The notes below the pieces were generated by a model, which had not been told where the DNA came from, ran no database searches, and saw nothing but the letters and a program-made list of their open reading frames with translations. A program made the position numbers and the translations under genes. This document shows, piece after piece, positions 41,831 through 53,628 of a DNA stretch of 64,000 bases. Position 1 is the first letter of the stretch, and each line of letters starts with the position of its first letter. This DNA is from Phoronis australis (lineage: Eukaryota > Animalia > Phoronida), in NCBI GenBank assembly GCA_002633005.1, contig NMRA01000341.1, positions 415,660 to 479,659 on the forward strand. The letters are read 5' to 3'.

Positions 41831-44346
41831 TCACCATCCAAATTCTTAAACATGGTGGGCTGAGCGGGTGGTTTGGTTTGGTGAGGGTGACACCTAAAAC
41901 CTTTGCCCCGGGTGTCACCCGTGTTAGGTACGCCGCTAGAAAGTTTGATGTTGTTTTAACAGAGGAGGCAGACAAAAGATTGCTAAAATGCATAGTGCTT
42001 TTTAAAGTTTGTGATTGTTTCGCGTACATCGATAAAAATGTTTGAAAGACCCCTCTTTACGTCGAGTAATATTACACTCAAATAATACGTCTCACACATT
42101 GAATATCCTTGCGAACAACTTGTTTATATTCATTTTTTCAACTCAACTTGTAGTGCGCTTGCAAATTCTCAGGCCCAAGTTCAAATCCCTTGCTTTAGCC
42201 AAGTTTCGAATTTCCCGCTAAATCTATATGTCACGAAAATGGTTATTAAATTGTCGTATGTGCAGAAAAACACAATAGGTGAAGGATAAGCTCTGTAGTT
42301 TTTGTTGCTCCGATAGTCAGTGCCCTCTGTTACGCATTACGGTACATATTTACAAAGTGGGTGGGAGGCCTATTACTGTACATGAAATAAAATAAAAGCG
42401 TTCATAGTTGAACTGAGACGGGTTACAAACGAATTACTTGGAATTTGGCTGGAGGCCGTGACTTGCTTAACAACTGACACTAACCCGCAGTGAACACAAT
42501 GAGCATGGTCTGAAGCAATAACCACCTATCAGCTCTTCTGAAATCGATGAACCTTTTTATCTGAGTAAGGAACCCGATTTTTCATCAGTAATTCAGCTTT
42601 CGCTATTCAGCTTGTCTCTTTGTATTCGAATGTTTAGTGGTGACGTATGTACCACAATTATGACGAGATTAGGACCCAGAAATAGGAATACAAATCTAAA
42701 CACAAAATAATGTGTTTGCATCAAACGGTTTGCCCCGACAACGGTTTTACCCATTGTATTCTCCCGGGGGGTTAAGAGGGATTAAGACTGACCTGGTCCA
42801 TGTAGCCAGGAAATAATTCTTCGAAGCGCTTAGCAAATCATAGCGCTACATAAATCCAGACAAATTTTTCTTAGTGTTTTTGATTTTGGCATTTTAACAT
42901 TATTTGACCTGATCCAAAACGTCAAAATGACGTCATACTAAACAAGCGCAGATATTTGTCGTTTGCGTGTGACGCCACAAGAGGAATACGGTACAACAAA
43001 GCTACATATATTCAGATGGAAGGTTTCAAATAAATGCTCATTTATGTGATGCGGATTGTAGTCTTTCATTTTTCTGTACGGTAAATCGGATTGTAACGTG
43101 TCGGACAAATTTCGAAAGCACGAACGAGCCCGATAATTACTTTAATGCTTGATCCCTGTAGACCAGTTAAGTGCATTTGCGTTTTTTGTGTACCATGTAC
43201 CAAAACATCACCACGTGACGTAGATTATACATGCATTGCATATATTAAACTTAAAGGTGATAAACGTCATCAATTGTGAATGAAAACCTTGCTAAAATCG
43301 GACTTCCATTCACAAATGAACAAAGACCTAACCCCTACTTTATTATTGTCATCAATGTTCTGCGGGTAATTTGTCTAGCATCACATCTGTCTATTTCAAG
43401 AAGTCTTTTTTCCTAATCCTTTACCAATGAAACAACTTTAACTTGTGTAATTTTCCATTTTCACTTTCTATGGAGACGGGTTCAAATCAACCGATTTATG
43501 CAACACGTACCTGTGTATATATAATCGACGACTAAGCATTTTAAAATTCTCTAGAATAAATCATGACGAGTCATTCTTGGCATTGAGAAATCGGTACGAA
43601 TTCGTTACAACGGCTAGCTGGTAAACAACTGCCGGACATTCCCGAGCTGTTGAGCCAATGGTATTTGGTGCACTCATTATTTGTACATCTTTACAGCTGA
43701 CCAGAGAAAGATCTAACACGTTTTAAAACGAAGTTTCATTGAATATTACTGCGGCTAGGATTGCAGATTTTTAAGGAAAAAGATACAACTTAAGTATTTT
43801 ATTTTGAACAGTAGGTTGTACGGACGCCGTGACTAAATGATGACCGAAGAAAAAGTTTCGTATAACAAGATCGTACGCCTATTCTTTAGTAAGCCAAGAG
43901 CTAGTGAGCCGTGTTCAGTCATTAGGGCACTAGATGCATTCTAAACCTCGAAATACATTCGGCGTTTCAATTCAAATCTAGAACCCTGCTGCTGAGAAAT
44001 CGAAATATATTGCAAGTAATAACACAGCAAGCTCGAACTAATGCAATGACAAGACCGACGTGTACACCATACGCATTGAAATTTGAAATAAAAACTACTT
44101 CATCGATCGTTTGTGCCAACACGAAGAGCTGAACTCGAACGATGAGCTGCAATTCATTACTGAACTCATCAGTCTTTCATTTTCTTTCATGTCTTCGTTT
44201 CATCGAACGACGTACTTACTGATTGGCCTCAAACTTTGAGGTCCGAGACTGAGCCATTGGCTGACCATTCACTAAGATCATACCTTGGTATTTTAAACCC
44301 AATAAATTAGGTAATTACCAGCTGATGAGGGAAACAGCTAACTCAC

Positions 44347-44349
44347 CAT
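44347..44349 (-). CDS. Candidate ATG-only first coding exon of the calmodulin-like gene
   Basis: ggccacaATG|GTGAGT: good Kozak context and consensus donor; best ATG|GT site I found upstream, but implies a ~36.6-kb intron. Confidence 0.3.
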
Positions 44350-45791
44350 TGTGGCCTCAGAACTTCAATTGAGCGCTTCTTTATCCAGATTGATGGTAAC
44401 GAAATTTATGCATAACGAGCATTCTCTGTTTTATCAACATTCAAGAGTCCATATGCTGTGCTAAAACGGTGTTGTTTTCTGATAAGACAGGCTGCCGTGA
44501 TGAAGGCAAAATACGATGACGCGTACAGCGTTATTTGCGGAAATTGCCTATCAGAAATTATAGCTGAACGCTGCTTGTTCACGTAAAATCACAGGGCATC
44601 AACATCCCATCTGTGCCGTCAGCCTATATGCCATTTCACCAACACTCCTAAAAGTTGTTCCCAATTGCACGCGGGAAATACGAGGATCGGATTTCATTCG
44701 GTGGCCCGACTTACAAGCTATGAGCGCTGCCGAGATCGAACCGAATCCTCTCAACTCAGTGTGAACATGAACAATCAATCCTACGCGCATATGGCGTATT
44801 ATCTGAGGCGTTACCTAGAGAAATAAGGTACTTGTATTCTAGACGCAACCAACCGTCAAGGTTCTAAGAATTAAATTTCCGCAGCTGCGTTTGCTTGTCT
44901 AAACGATTTGCAGAGGCTGGTTTTCTTCGCGTTATAGTGATTAATTACCCAATACAACTGTTTCAGAAAGCGTGCCCTGGAAGAGCAGTGTTTCATGGCG
45001 ACGGCTAGTACACAACCCTCGATAGTCCGACCACAAGAAAAGCGATCACGAAACTCGTAAGATGTACATGTATAAAAGCGCAAAAGACAATGATAATTAC
45101 CCTCAGGACGAAAGCAATCTATAACTGAGCATGTCTATTACAAATGGCATTTTCATTAGATTTGATGACCGTATACGTTATCAATGTGTCTACTTCACAA
45201 GATGCGCGTCTCGTATGGTTTTGAAATGATAGTGTTTACTCTTGAAGTGTTTCGTTTGAACATTTATGTGATTGGTTTTTAGTCGCTTCAGATCGTAGCG
45301 AACTTCCTGAAAGGAGGGCGCTAGCCGTTGAGAGTAAACGAGTTTTTATCGCTAAACATGGCTGTTTCATGCCGCGGTGTACTTACAGAACTACACTGTA
45401 CATGTACTTCGTCTGTGCACCCATCGTCTCCTGCTGTACATGCACCTTCTAAACCCCTTACAGATTCTTATTGGAATACGGCAGATATGTTTCTATGAAG
45501 CTAACAACTGATCGTGACAACAAATTAAAGACCAATTTCTCAATTATATTATTTTTAAAATATTTTTTTTTACTTTTGGCTCCGTATCTTGAGGGTTCGT
45601 GATTTTTTAGGAAATAAGTTTTTATTACGGTAACAGTGATGGTCTTCTGTTTTCGGATGGGCATAACATGTTTTACGCCGCTTTGTGGCCGTTTTTCTTG
45701 ACTAAGTCCGTTTTCTGGCAACTTAATCCCTATGTGTCAAAAATCTCGGATCATTATGAAAAGCTGATGTGTTTCTGATCTAGAAAGTCAC

Positions 45792-46882
45792 AACTGGTGT
45801 TAATTTTTGAACGTGTCGGACTACTGTGTCATTGACGGATTTTTGTGAAATTTGGCAAATCGGTTTGTGTAAAGGAATCAACGATACCTTTTCAATTTTG
45901 GAGTAGTCGTATTCTTTGCCACCCAGTGGCCATTTATTATTTCGGGTCCATTTTTGGCGTCCACCTATTTATCCGCCACAGTCAAATCCAAAGATGACTA
46001 TGAAACTTAGCGGTTGTGTTTAGTCATGGGAACATCGTGGCGGACATAATTTTGGATGACTTGGACAATTGTGGCTGTATTAGAGACGACCNAACTGGTG
46101 TTAATTTTTGAACGTGTCGGACTACTGTGTCGCCCCCCAGTGGCGATTTTGTTTTTGTGTCTGCTGCCGAATCGGCTCTTTAACCCTTTAAGAGATCTTT
46201 GTAAAGTTTGGCAACTCTGTTCCTATGGAGCCGAATACAAACATTAACGATTGCGGAATTCTATTGAGGAGACGACAACGCCTTCCCATTTTAATTCGAA
46301 CTGACTGGCGTTTTCTGAGTACATTTTTTACGTCCGCCTATCTATTCGCCAAACCGCTCAAAGAATCATTATGTAAATTGGCAGTTACGTTCCTGATCAG
46401 AAGACAGCAGCTGGTATTGATTTCCCGACATGTTTGACTATTCTGGCGCCCCCTAGTAGCTTTTGTTTTACAATACGGCTTTAAACATTTAAACGACCTT
46501 TATTAAATTTTGCTCCTATGCAGATGGCAAGAGATGACGAGTTCCACACGAACTGGAGCACAGCTGTGCCCCCTATAGAGTCAATTTATTATTAACGTTT
46601 GTCTTTGTATCTTTGGAGTTCATTGACGGATTTTTGTGAAATTTGGCAAATCGGTTTGTGTAAAGGAATCAACGATACCTTTTCAATTTTGGAGTAGTCG
46701 TATTCTTTGCCACCCAGTGGCCATTTATTATTTCGGGTCCATTTTTGGCGTCCACCTATTTATCCGCCACAGTCAAATCCAAAGATGACTATGAAACTTA
46801 GCGGTTGTGTTTAGTCATGGGAACATCGTGGCGGACATAATTTTGGATGACTTGGACAATTGTGGCTGTATTAGAGACGACC
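45792..46882. other. Duplicated segment across the n at 46092, probably two haplotypes
   Basis: 45830-46091 equals 46621-46882, and 45792-45830 equals the sequence starting at 46093. Confidence 0.85.
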
Positions 46883-46900
46883 GCAAAACTGTAATTTTAT

Positions 46901-47550
46901 TGTAACGGGGGCGGTATCTACGACCAAGGCGCCCCGATTTTACGAGCCCGGTGCGGACTGAGGGTGATGTTGAAAACTAAAAGTTGGTGAATAATACATA
47001 GGTTTATTGTAAGAATATATATATATGACTACAATATTTCACACTTACAAGCAATCCAGTTGTTCCATGACTTAGTATCGCAGCGTTGTGATTCATACAG
47101 TTCTGATACACGGGCAAGCCAGTCGCTGATTAATACTTGTGTGTGCAAGAACGGGGCAATTTGGTTATTCAGATCCGAAAGGTGAGGTGCAATCAAGCGC
47201 GGGAGGAGCCCGAGAATTGCTGGGGCTAAACTATTGGCAACCAAGTTCGGGAGGAGCCCGAAAGCTGCACAAACAGTTGCAATTTGGTGTGAGTGAAGGT
47301 GTACATGTTTGCTTCTTGAACTCTGCGACTGGACTCCTCGTGTCTGACAGAGACAAAGCTTAAGTACACAATTTCAACCAATCAGACACGATCTGAAGGG
47401 CAAGGCCCATAGCTCCTAGCTTCTGACCATATTTGGCCATGTCCAAAGGACTCAACATCATAGGAAAATTCCATACGTAATACACAGCTTGACCACTAGA
47501 GGGCGCATATATCTTTCTTACATAATCATGTCCAGGGCACACCTGTTACA
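46901..47550 (-). repeat. 3' LTR (650 bp)
   Basis: tgtaac...gttaca; near-identical to 55477-56121; AATAAA on the minus strand at 47003-47008. Confidence 0.97.
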
Positions 47551-47563
47551 CTCCCCCTGCCTC
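47551..47563 (-). other. Polypurine tract
   Basis: GAGGCAGGGGGAG abutting the 3' LTR. Confidence 0.9.
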
Positions 47564-47814
47564 AGATCTTGTCACCCCCGTGACTGATAATAAAAAATAA
47601 AATAAACAGGAGAGAACTTCAAACCACTTAAACATATCGATATCAAAATCAAACTAATAACGGCAAAAAGAAACTATCCAAACACCATGAGCAACTTACA
47701 CAGTAACAGTGCCCGTAATAAAAAAAATCAAACTAATACAAAAAAAATAAATAAAAGAAAACAATTAAGGTGCGGCCATCACCTGTACACATATAAACGA
47801 ACTAAAAACACTAG

Positions 47815-48286
47815 CTAGCTAATATAACGGCGGTATGGCTCGACGGGGACGGAACCAGTGCTGTTTGGGGGAGACATACATCCGGCCTTCTCGGTCCCAA
47901 CGCACTGCCTCGTCTCGCGCCACGGTAACTCATCAGGAAATGGCTGGGGAACGTCCCTTCTGGCGTCTACCTCTCGCCGGCGTTCTGCAGCAGCGACAGC
48001 CTTTGCATGTTTCCGGTTCTGAACCAGTATTTCTGTCGTTCCGTCGTGGCCTGTCTTGCGTTGGTGTTTTCGGCACGCGTGCCTAGCTGAAAACCTACGC
48101 TTACAATGTGAACAACAGGTAAGTTTAATTAACGGTGAGCAAGTCTTTTCGTGCCGCTTCAGCGTGTAAAATTTGGTGAACGTCCTGTCACACTCGGCGC
48201 ACTTGTATACGGGTCGAGATCGGCTGGTGGCCTCCTCTTGCTTCCCCACAGGTTGCTCCACCTCTGCAGGATCTGTCTGAAGGTCT
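47815..48286 (-). CDS. Accessory zinc-finger ORF (C2HC plus C2H2), predicted second exon of a spliced LTR-initiated mRNA
   Basis: YKCAECDRTFTKFYTLKRHEKTC and CSHCKRRFSARHACRKHQRKTGH; no in-frame ATG before the fingers; preceded by ttttttttattttgttacttcttgcAG. Confidence 0.78.
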
Positions 48287-48315
48287 CTGCAAGAAGTAAC
48301 AAAATAAAAAAAACA

Positions 48316-51043
48316 TTATAGAAACCGGGCCGGTTTCTTGATCAATCTGCCTCGGCGGTTGCGAACAACTGGGGTACTTGCTGCAGCGTGGACAGCGCCA
48401 CGGCAGCCAGTACCCGAAGAAACATTATTCTGAGCCTCACTCAGAATGTCCAGAGAGCCAGAACACAATTCACTGTCGACCTCTTCTAGTGAGCTTACCA
48501 CCTCTGCCCCCTGATCAGGCTCCGGAGTGGCATCTCGTCCCTCGTGAACTCCAGTAGGCCCATGCCACGGCTTCAAATGATCAACATGGACTACAATTTT
48601 GGGCATATCAGGTCCCTTCTGAATTTCATACAGCACATCACTTACTCGTCTAACTATCGTGTAGGGGCCCACCCACCCAAGACCAAGTTTCTGGTTAGCA
48701 GTTGGAGGGTACCATCGGAAGACCCAGTCCCCATCACGAAATTCGCGAAATTTCTCTCGGGCATCGTTAGTACTTCTTCTGGCGCTGAAAACTTGAATTC
48801 AACGCCTCCCGAGCAAAGCTCCAGGCGTCCTCCAGCGTCTGACACAGCCACTCGTTGTATTCACTGGCACATTCTGACACAACATCATCAGGAGGGTTAC
48901 CAGCTATGACATCTAAAGGTAGCGACACCTCCCGACCGAACAATAACTTGTATGGTGTGAAACCAGTGCTTTCATGCTCTGAAGAACGATATGCCATCAT
49001 GACGTGCGGTAGATGGTCGTCCNCCAGTGCTTTCATGCTCTGAAGAACGATATGCCATCATGACGTACAGTAGATGGTCGTCCCAGTCCCTCCGATGTTT
49101 GTCGACAAACATGGCCAACATCCCTTGGACCGTGCGATTAAACCGCTCCACCATGCCATCGGATTGCGGACGATATGGGGTGGTTCTAGTCTTCTGCATT
49201 CCGAGCAATTGACAAAGTTCAGAGAACAAGTTACTCTCAAACTCCCGACCCTGATCAGAATGGATGAACGTTGGTACACCAAATCTGGAGATAAACTCTG
49301 TCGCGAGTTTGTCTGCGACTGTCTGAGCCGTGTGGTTTGGTAAGGCATAAGCTTGCGTCCACTTGGTAAAGTAGTCTCCGACCACCATGATGTATTCCAT
49401 ATCATTGTACGACTTTGGAAGAGGACCAAGTATGTCCAGGGCAATGCGCTGGAATGGAGCGCCTGCTTGCCCCTGCTGAAGTGGTGCCCGACCTCTGCCC
49501 GGACCTGGTTTGCGACGTGCGCACATCTCGCAACGCTTGCATCACCTGGAAACATCACCCTGCAGCCCTGGCCAGTAGAAACGAGAACGGACGGTCCTAA
49601 TAGTCTTGTCGCGACCAAAATGTCCTGCTGTCCTTGCGTCATGCGTCAGCTTGAGAACCTGACTTCGTAACTGACGTGGAAGTACGATCACCATTCGATC
49701 ACCGCCGCCACCGGCGTCGATCCAACGCCGATACAGAACACCATCCTGCAAGCGCAAAAGGTTCCACTCAGAAAACAAACGCCGGGTACCCCAGGAGTGC
49801 CCCAATATAGCTTTAAGCTCAGGCTTCTCCGACGACTCAGACATGAATTTCACAGCTGGACCTATGACCTTATCGTTCCGTTGCAGAGCACGAAGCTCAT
49901 CTTTATTCCAGGTAGGCAGCCAGGCGTCACTCTCAGGGTTTTCACGTTCCTTGGTAACACGTCTTCCCCGTCGCACTGCAGCGACGACTCTTTGACCAGC
50001 ACATTGGTCACAATCAGATCACTGGCATCTGCGATATGGTTTCCGGGACAAACCATCAGCGTTACCGTGGTGATTACCCTTCCGGTGCTTAATCTCGTAG
50101 TCATATGTGTCGAGAACCGCTATTCACCTGGCAACCATGTCGACGGGTTCCTTAAAATTCTTTAACCACTTCAGGGAATGATGGTCTGTTCTTATAAGGA
50201 AGTTGCGGCCCCACAAATAATGCCGGAACCGCTTAACAAACGTAACAACAGCCAAAAGTTCACGATACGTTGTGCAGTAGCGCTGTTGTGACGCTGACAG
50301 AGTTTGGCTGGCATAGGCGATGACCCTCTCCTCGCCATCCTGTTCCTGAGATAGTACTCCTTAGATGCCAAAGGCCGATGCATCCGTGTCAGGGATTAAA
50401 CTTCCCTGCCGCCGGGGATACGCTAACACTGGATGGTTGGTAAGCAGTATCTTCAGCTGGTCAAATGCCAATTGGCACGTGTCATCCCACTCGAATCGTT
50501 GGTTCTTCCCGGTCAAACGTGACAACGGTGCTGCAACAGTGGAGAAGTCAGGAATGAATCTTCAGTAATATGAGGCCAATCCAAGGAAACTGTGTACTTC
50601 CGAAACTGAGGATGGTGTCTCCCAATCTGCAACCGCAGCAACCTTTTCAGGGTCACAACTTACTCCTGCCTCAGACACTACGTGGCCTAGGAAAGGTGCC
50701 TCCCTCCGAAACAGACTGCACTTGGTCGGCTTAAGTCTCAGACCGGCTTCCCGCAACCGTAGAAAAACTGCTCGGAGATCGCAGAGGGTGTCGTCGAAAG
50801 TCTTTGCAAAGACCAGGATGTCGTCAATATACAGTAAACACTTGTCCCTTTGCATTCCAGCAAAAACTACCAAACGCTCAAAACTAGATGCTGCATTTGC
50901 CAGACCAAAAGGCATAGACGTGAACTCAAAAAGTCCCCTATGAGTGGCGAATGCAGTCTTTGACATGTCTTTCTTGGCCATTGGCACCTGCCAATATCCA
51001 CTGGCCATGGCAAGGGTGGTAAACCATGACATGCCCGCGAGGG
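48316..51043 (-). pseudogene. pol: RT C-terminal part, RNase H and integrase (disrupted copy)
   Basis: YIDD; IN HHCC (HDARTAGHFG...C..C), ALDILGPLP, IHSDQGREFES, DGMVERFN; GPY motif; stop TAA at 48316-48318; frameshifts and stops present. Confidence 0.95.
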
Positions 51044-51044
51044 N

Positions 51045-52210
51045 ACTGACGTGGAAGTACAATCACCATTCGATCACCGCCGCCACGGATGTCGATCCAA
51101 CGCCGATACAGAACACCATCCTGCAAGCGCAAAAGGTTCCACTCAGAAAACAAACGCCGGGTACCCCAGGAGTGCCTCAATATAGCTTTAAGCTCAGGCT
51201 TCTCCGAGGACTCAGACATGAATTTCACAACTGGTCCTATGACCTTATCGTTCTGTTGCAGAGTACGAAGCTCATCTTTATTCCAGGTAGGCAGCCAGGC
51301 GTCACTCTCAGGGTTTTCACGTTCCTTGGTGACACGTCTTCCCCGTCGTACTGCAGCGACAACTCGTTGACCAGCACATTGGTTACAACCAGATCGCTGG
51401 CATCTGCGATACGGTTTCCGGGACAAACCATCAGCGTTACCGTGGTGATTACCCTTCCGGTGCTTAATCTCGTAGTCATATGTGTCGAGAACCGCTATCC
51501 ACCTGGCAACCATGTCGACGGGTTCCTTAAAATTCTTTAGCCACTTCAGGGAATGATGGTCTGAGGGTGTGCGTGTACTAGTGGTGATAGATTAACAGCC
51601 TCGATTTCGCGAGCCCTTTAAATACATGGCGAAATGGCTTGCAGCCGTGCCAACTGAATCTGAGATTGCGTAAAAAGGGTGCTTCTAAGAGAGGAAGTAA
51701 GCACGACNTTGGTCACAATCAGATCGCTGGCATCTGCGATACGGTTTCCGGGACAAACCATCAGCGTTACCGTGGTGATTACCCCTTCGGTGCTTAATTT
51801 CGTAGTCATATGTGTCGAGAACCGCTATCCACCTGGCAACCATGTCGACGGGTTCCTTAAAATTCTTTAACCACTTCAGGGAATGATGGTCCGTTCTTAT
51901 AAGGAAGTTGCGGCCCCACAAATAATGCCGGAACCGCTTAACAAACGTAACAACAGCCAAAAGTTCACGATACGTGGTGCAGTAGCGCTGTTGTGACGCT
52001 GACAGAGTTTGGCTGGCATAGGCAATGACCCTCTCGTCGCCATCCTGTTCCTGAGATAGTACTCCTGAGATGCCAAAGGCCGATGCATCCGTGTCAAGGT
52101 TAAACCTTCCCTGCCTCCGGGGATACGCTAATGCTGGATGGTTGGTAAGCAGTATCTTCAGCTGGTCAAATGCCAATTGGCACGTGTCGTCCCACTCGAA
52201 TCGCCGGTTC
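51045..52210 (-). pseudogene. Redundant pol RNase H/linker fragments from other copies or haplotypes
   Basis: LDTDASAFGISGVLSQ, RELLAVV and RTDHHSLKWL; overlapping repeats of 49670-50500 bounded by n. Confidence 0.9.
51564..51707 (+). mobile_element. Terminal fragment of the ISL2EU-like element inside gypsy RNase H
   Basis: Matches 37571-37725 from the terminus (agggtgtgcgtgtactagtggtgatagattaac...gaggaagtaagca); truncated by the n at 51708. Confidence 0.85.
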
Positions 52211-52211
52211 N

Positions 52212-53100
52212 TCCCTGCCGCCGGGGATACGCTAACACTGGATGGTTGGTAAGCAGTATCTTCAGCTGGTCAAATGCCAATTGGCACCTGGCATCCCACT
52301 CGAACCGTTGGTTCTTCCCGGTCAAACGTGACAACGGTGCAGCAACAGTGGAGAAGTCAGGAATGAATCTTCGGTAATATGAGGCCAATCCAAGGAAACT
52401 GCGTACTTCCGAAACTGAGGATGTTGTCTCCCAATTTGCAACCGCAGCAACCTTTTCAGGGTCACAACTTACTCCTGCCTCAGACACTTCGTGGCCTAGG
52501 AAAGGTACCTCCCTCCGAAGCAGACTGCACTTGGTCGGCTTAAGTCGCAGACCGGCCTCCCGCAACCGTAGAAAAACTGCTCGGAGATCGCAGAGGGCAT
52601 CGTCGAAAGTCTTTGCAAAGACCAGGATGTCGTCAATATACAGTAAACACTTGTCCCATTGCATTCCCGCAAAAACCTTCTCTACCAAACGCTCAAAACT
52701 AGATGGTGCATTTGCCAGATCAAAAGGCATAGACGTGAACTCAAAAAGACCCCTATGAGAAGCGAATGCAGTCTTTGACCTGTCTTTCTTGGCCATTGGC
52801 ACCTGCCAATATCCACTGGCCATGTCAAGGGTGGTAAACCATGACATGCCCGCGAGGGAATCTAGGCAGGTGTCTATGCGTGGGAGAGGATAGGCATCTT
52901 TCCTGGTCACTGCGTTCAACTTCCGGTAGTCGACACAGAATCGGTAGCTGGAGTCTCTCTTTCGCACCAACACGATCGGCGAGGCCCATGGCGAATCACT
53001 TGGTTCGATAACACCAGCAGCCAGCATCTTGTCGATCTCCGCATCGGCGATCTCCCGCTGAGCTATAGGTAACCGTCGAGGAGCCTGTTTAATTGGAAAA
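52212..53100 (-). CDS. pol: reverse transcriptase domain
   Basis: SPWASPIVLV, RFCVDYRKLN, LDMASGYWQ, YIDD, FLGLASYYRRF. Confidence 0.95.
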
Positions 53101-53217
53101 TGCGTCCTTAATTATAGGTTCCAAATGAGGCGGAAGATGGACAGAAACTTCGCTGACAAACGTCCCCTCAGAAATGGACCTTGGAACTATGACACTGCAA
53201 AGTGCCCTCTTCTCCGA

Positions 53218-53628
53218 CTAAAGATTGATCGACTTTCCACAGAGGTGTAAAACGTCACCCTCCGGAGCTGCACTCAAATTACAAAAATTATTTTTCAAAA
53301 AGTCTAATCCAAGAATCACCTGTGGATTGACGTCGGCGACAACAAATCGCTGCTTCAGTCGCAAGCCTGCTACGTCAAAATCAGCCACCACGCAACCGTA
53401 ATCATTAATACGCGCCCCACCTGCGCCTGACAATGAAATGAGAGTGGGTTCTAAACTACTTATATGTGAACTACTTAACTCAAAAACGTTTCTAGACATA
53501 AGAGAACAAGGCGAACCGCCGTCTATTAAAGCGGGAAACTTTTCTCCAAACAAATCCACAAAAACAAACGAACATTCTGCAAACCCGGTCGAGGCCTTGG
53601 CCGCGGACCCGACCGGTCCTAGTTTGAC
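53218..53628 (-). CDS. pol: aspartic protease, in -1 frame to gag, followed by a stop and apparent deletion
   Basis: ALIDGGS active-site variant and ILGLDFL motif. Confidence 0.85.
   Translation of the reverse strand, partial: VKLGPVGSAAKASTGFAECSFVFVDLFGEKFPALIDGGSPCSLMSRNVFELSSSHISSLEPTLISLSGAGGARINDYGCVVADFDVAGLRLKQRFVVADVNPQVILGLDFLKNNFCNLSAAPEGDVLHLCGKSINL
53585..53628 (-). other. Candidate gag-pol -1 frameshift signal
   Basis: G_TCA_AAC_TAG, 5-nt spacer, then GC-rich stem CCGGTCGGG...CTCGACCGG; protease is open in the -1 frame. Confidence 0.6.

Larger units (their letters stand above)
36738..41938 (+). mobile_element. Decayed hAT DNA transposon interrupted by a nested element
   Basis: Imperfect TIRs cagtgacctacctaa / ttaggtacgccgcta; 8-bp flanks ggaagttt and gaaagttt (7/8); transposase remnants in both halves. 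Confidence 0.8.

Noticed and set aside
42690-42860. SINE/L2-like 3' tail (gaagcgcttag...agcgctacataaat)
   Set aside because: Too short and degenerate to assign
47815-48286. Envelope gene
   Set aside because: No signal peptide or transmembrane segment; the product is small and zinc-finger-like
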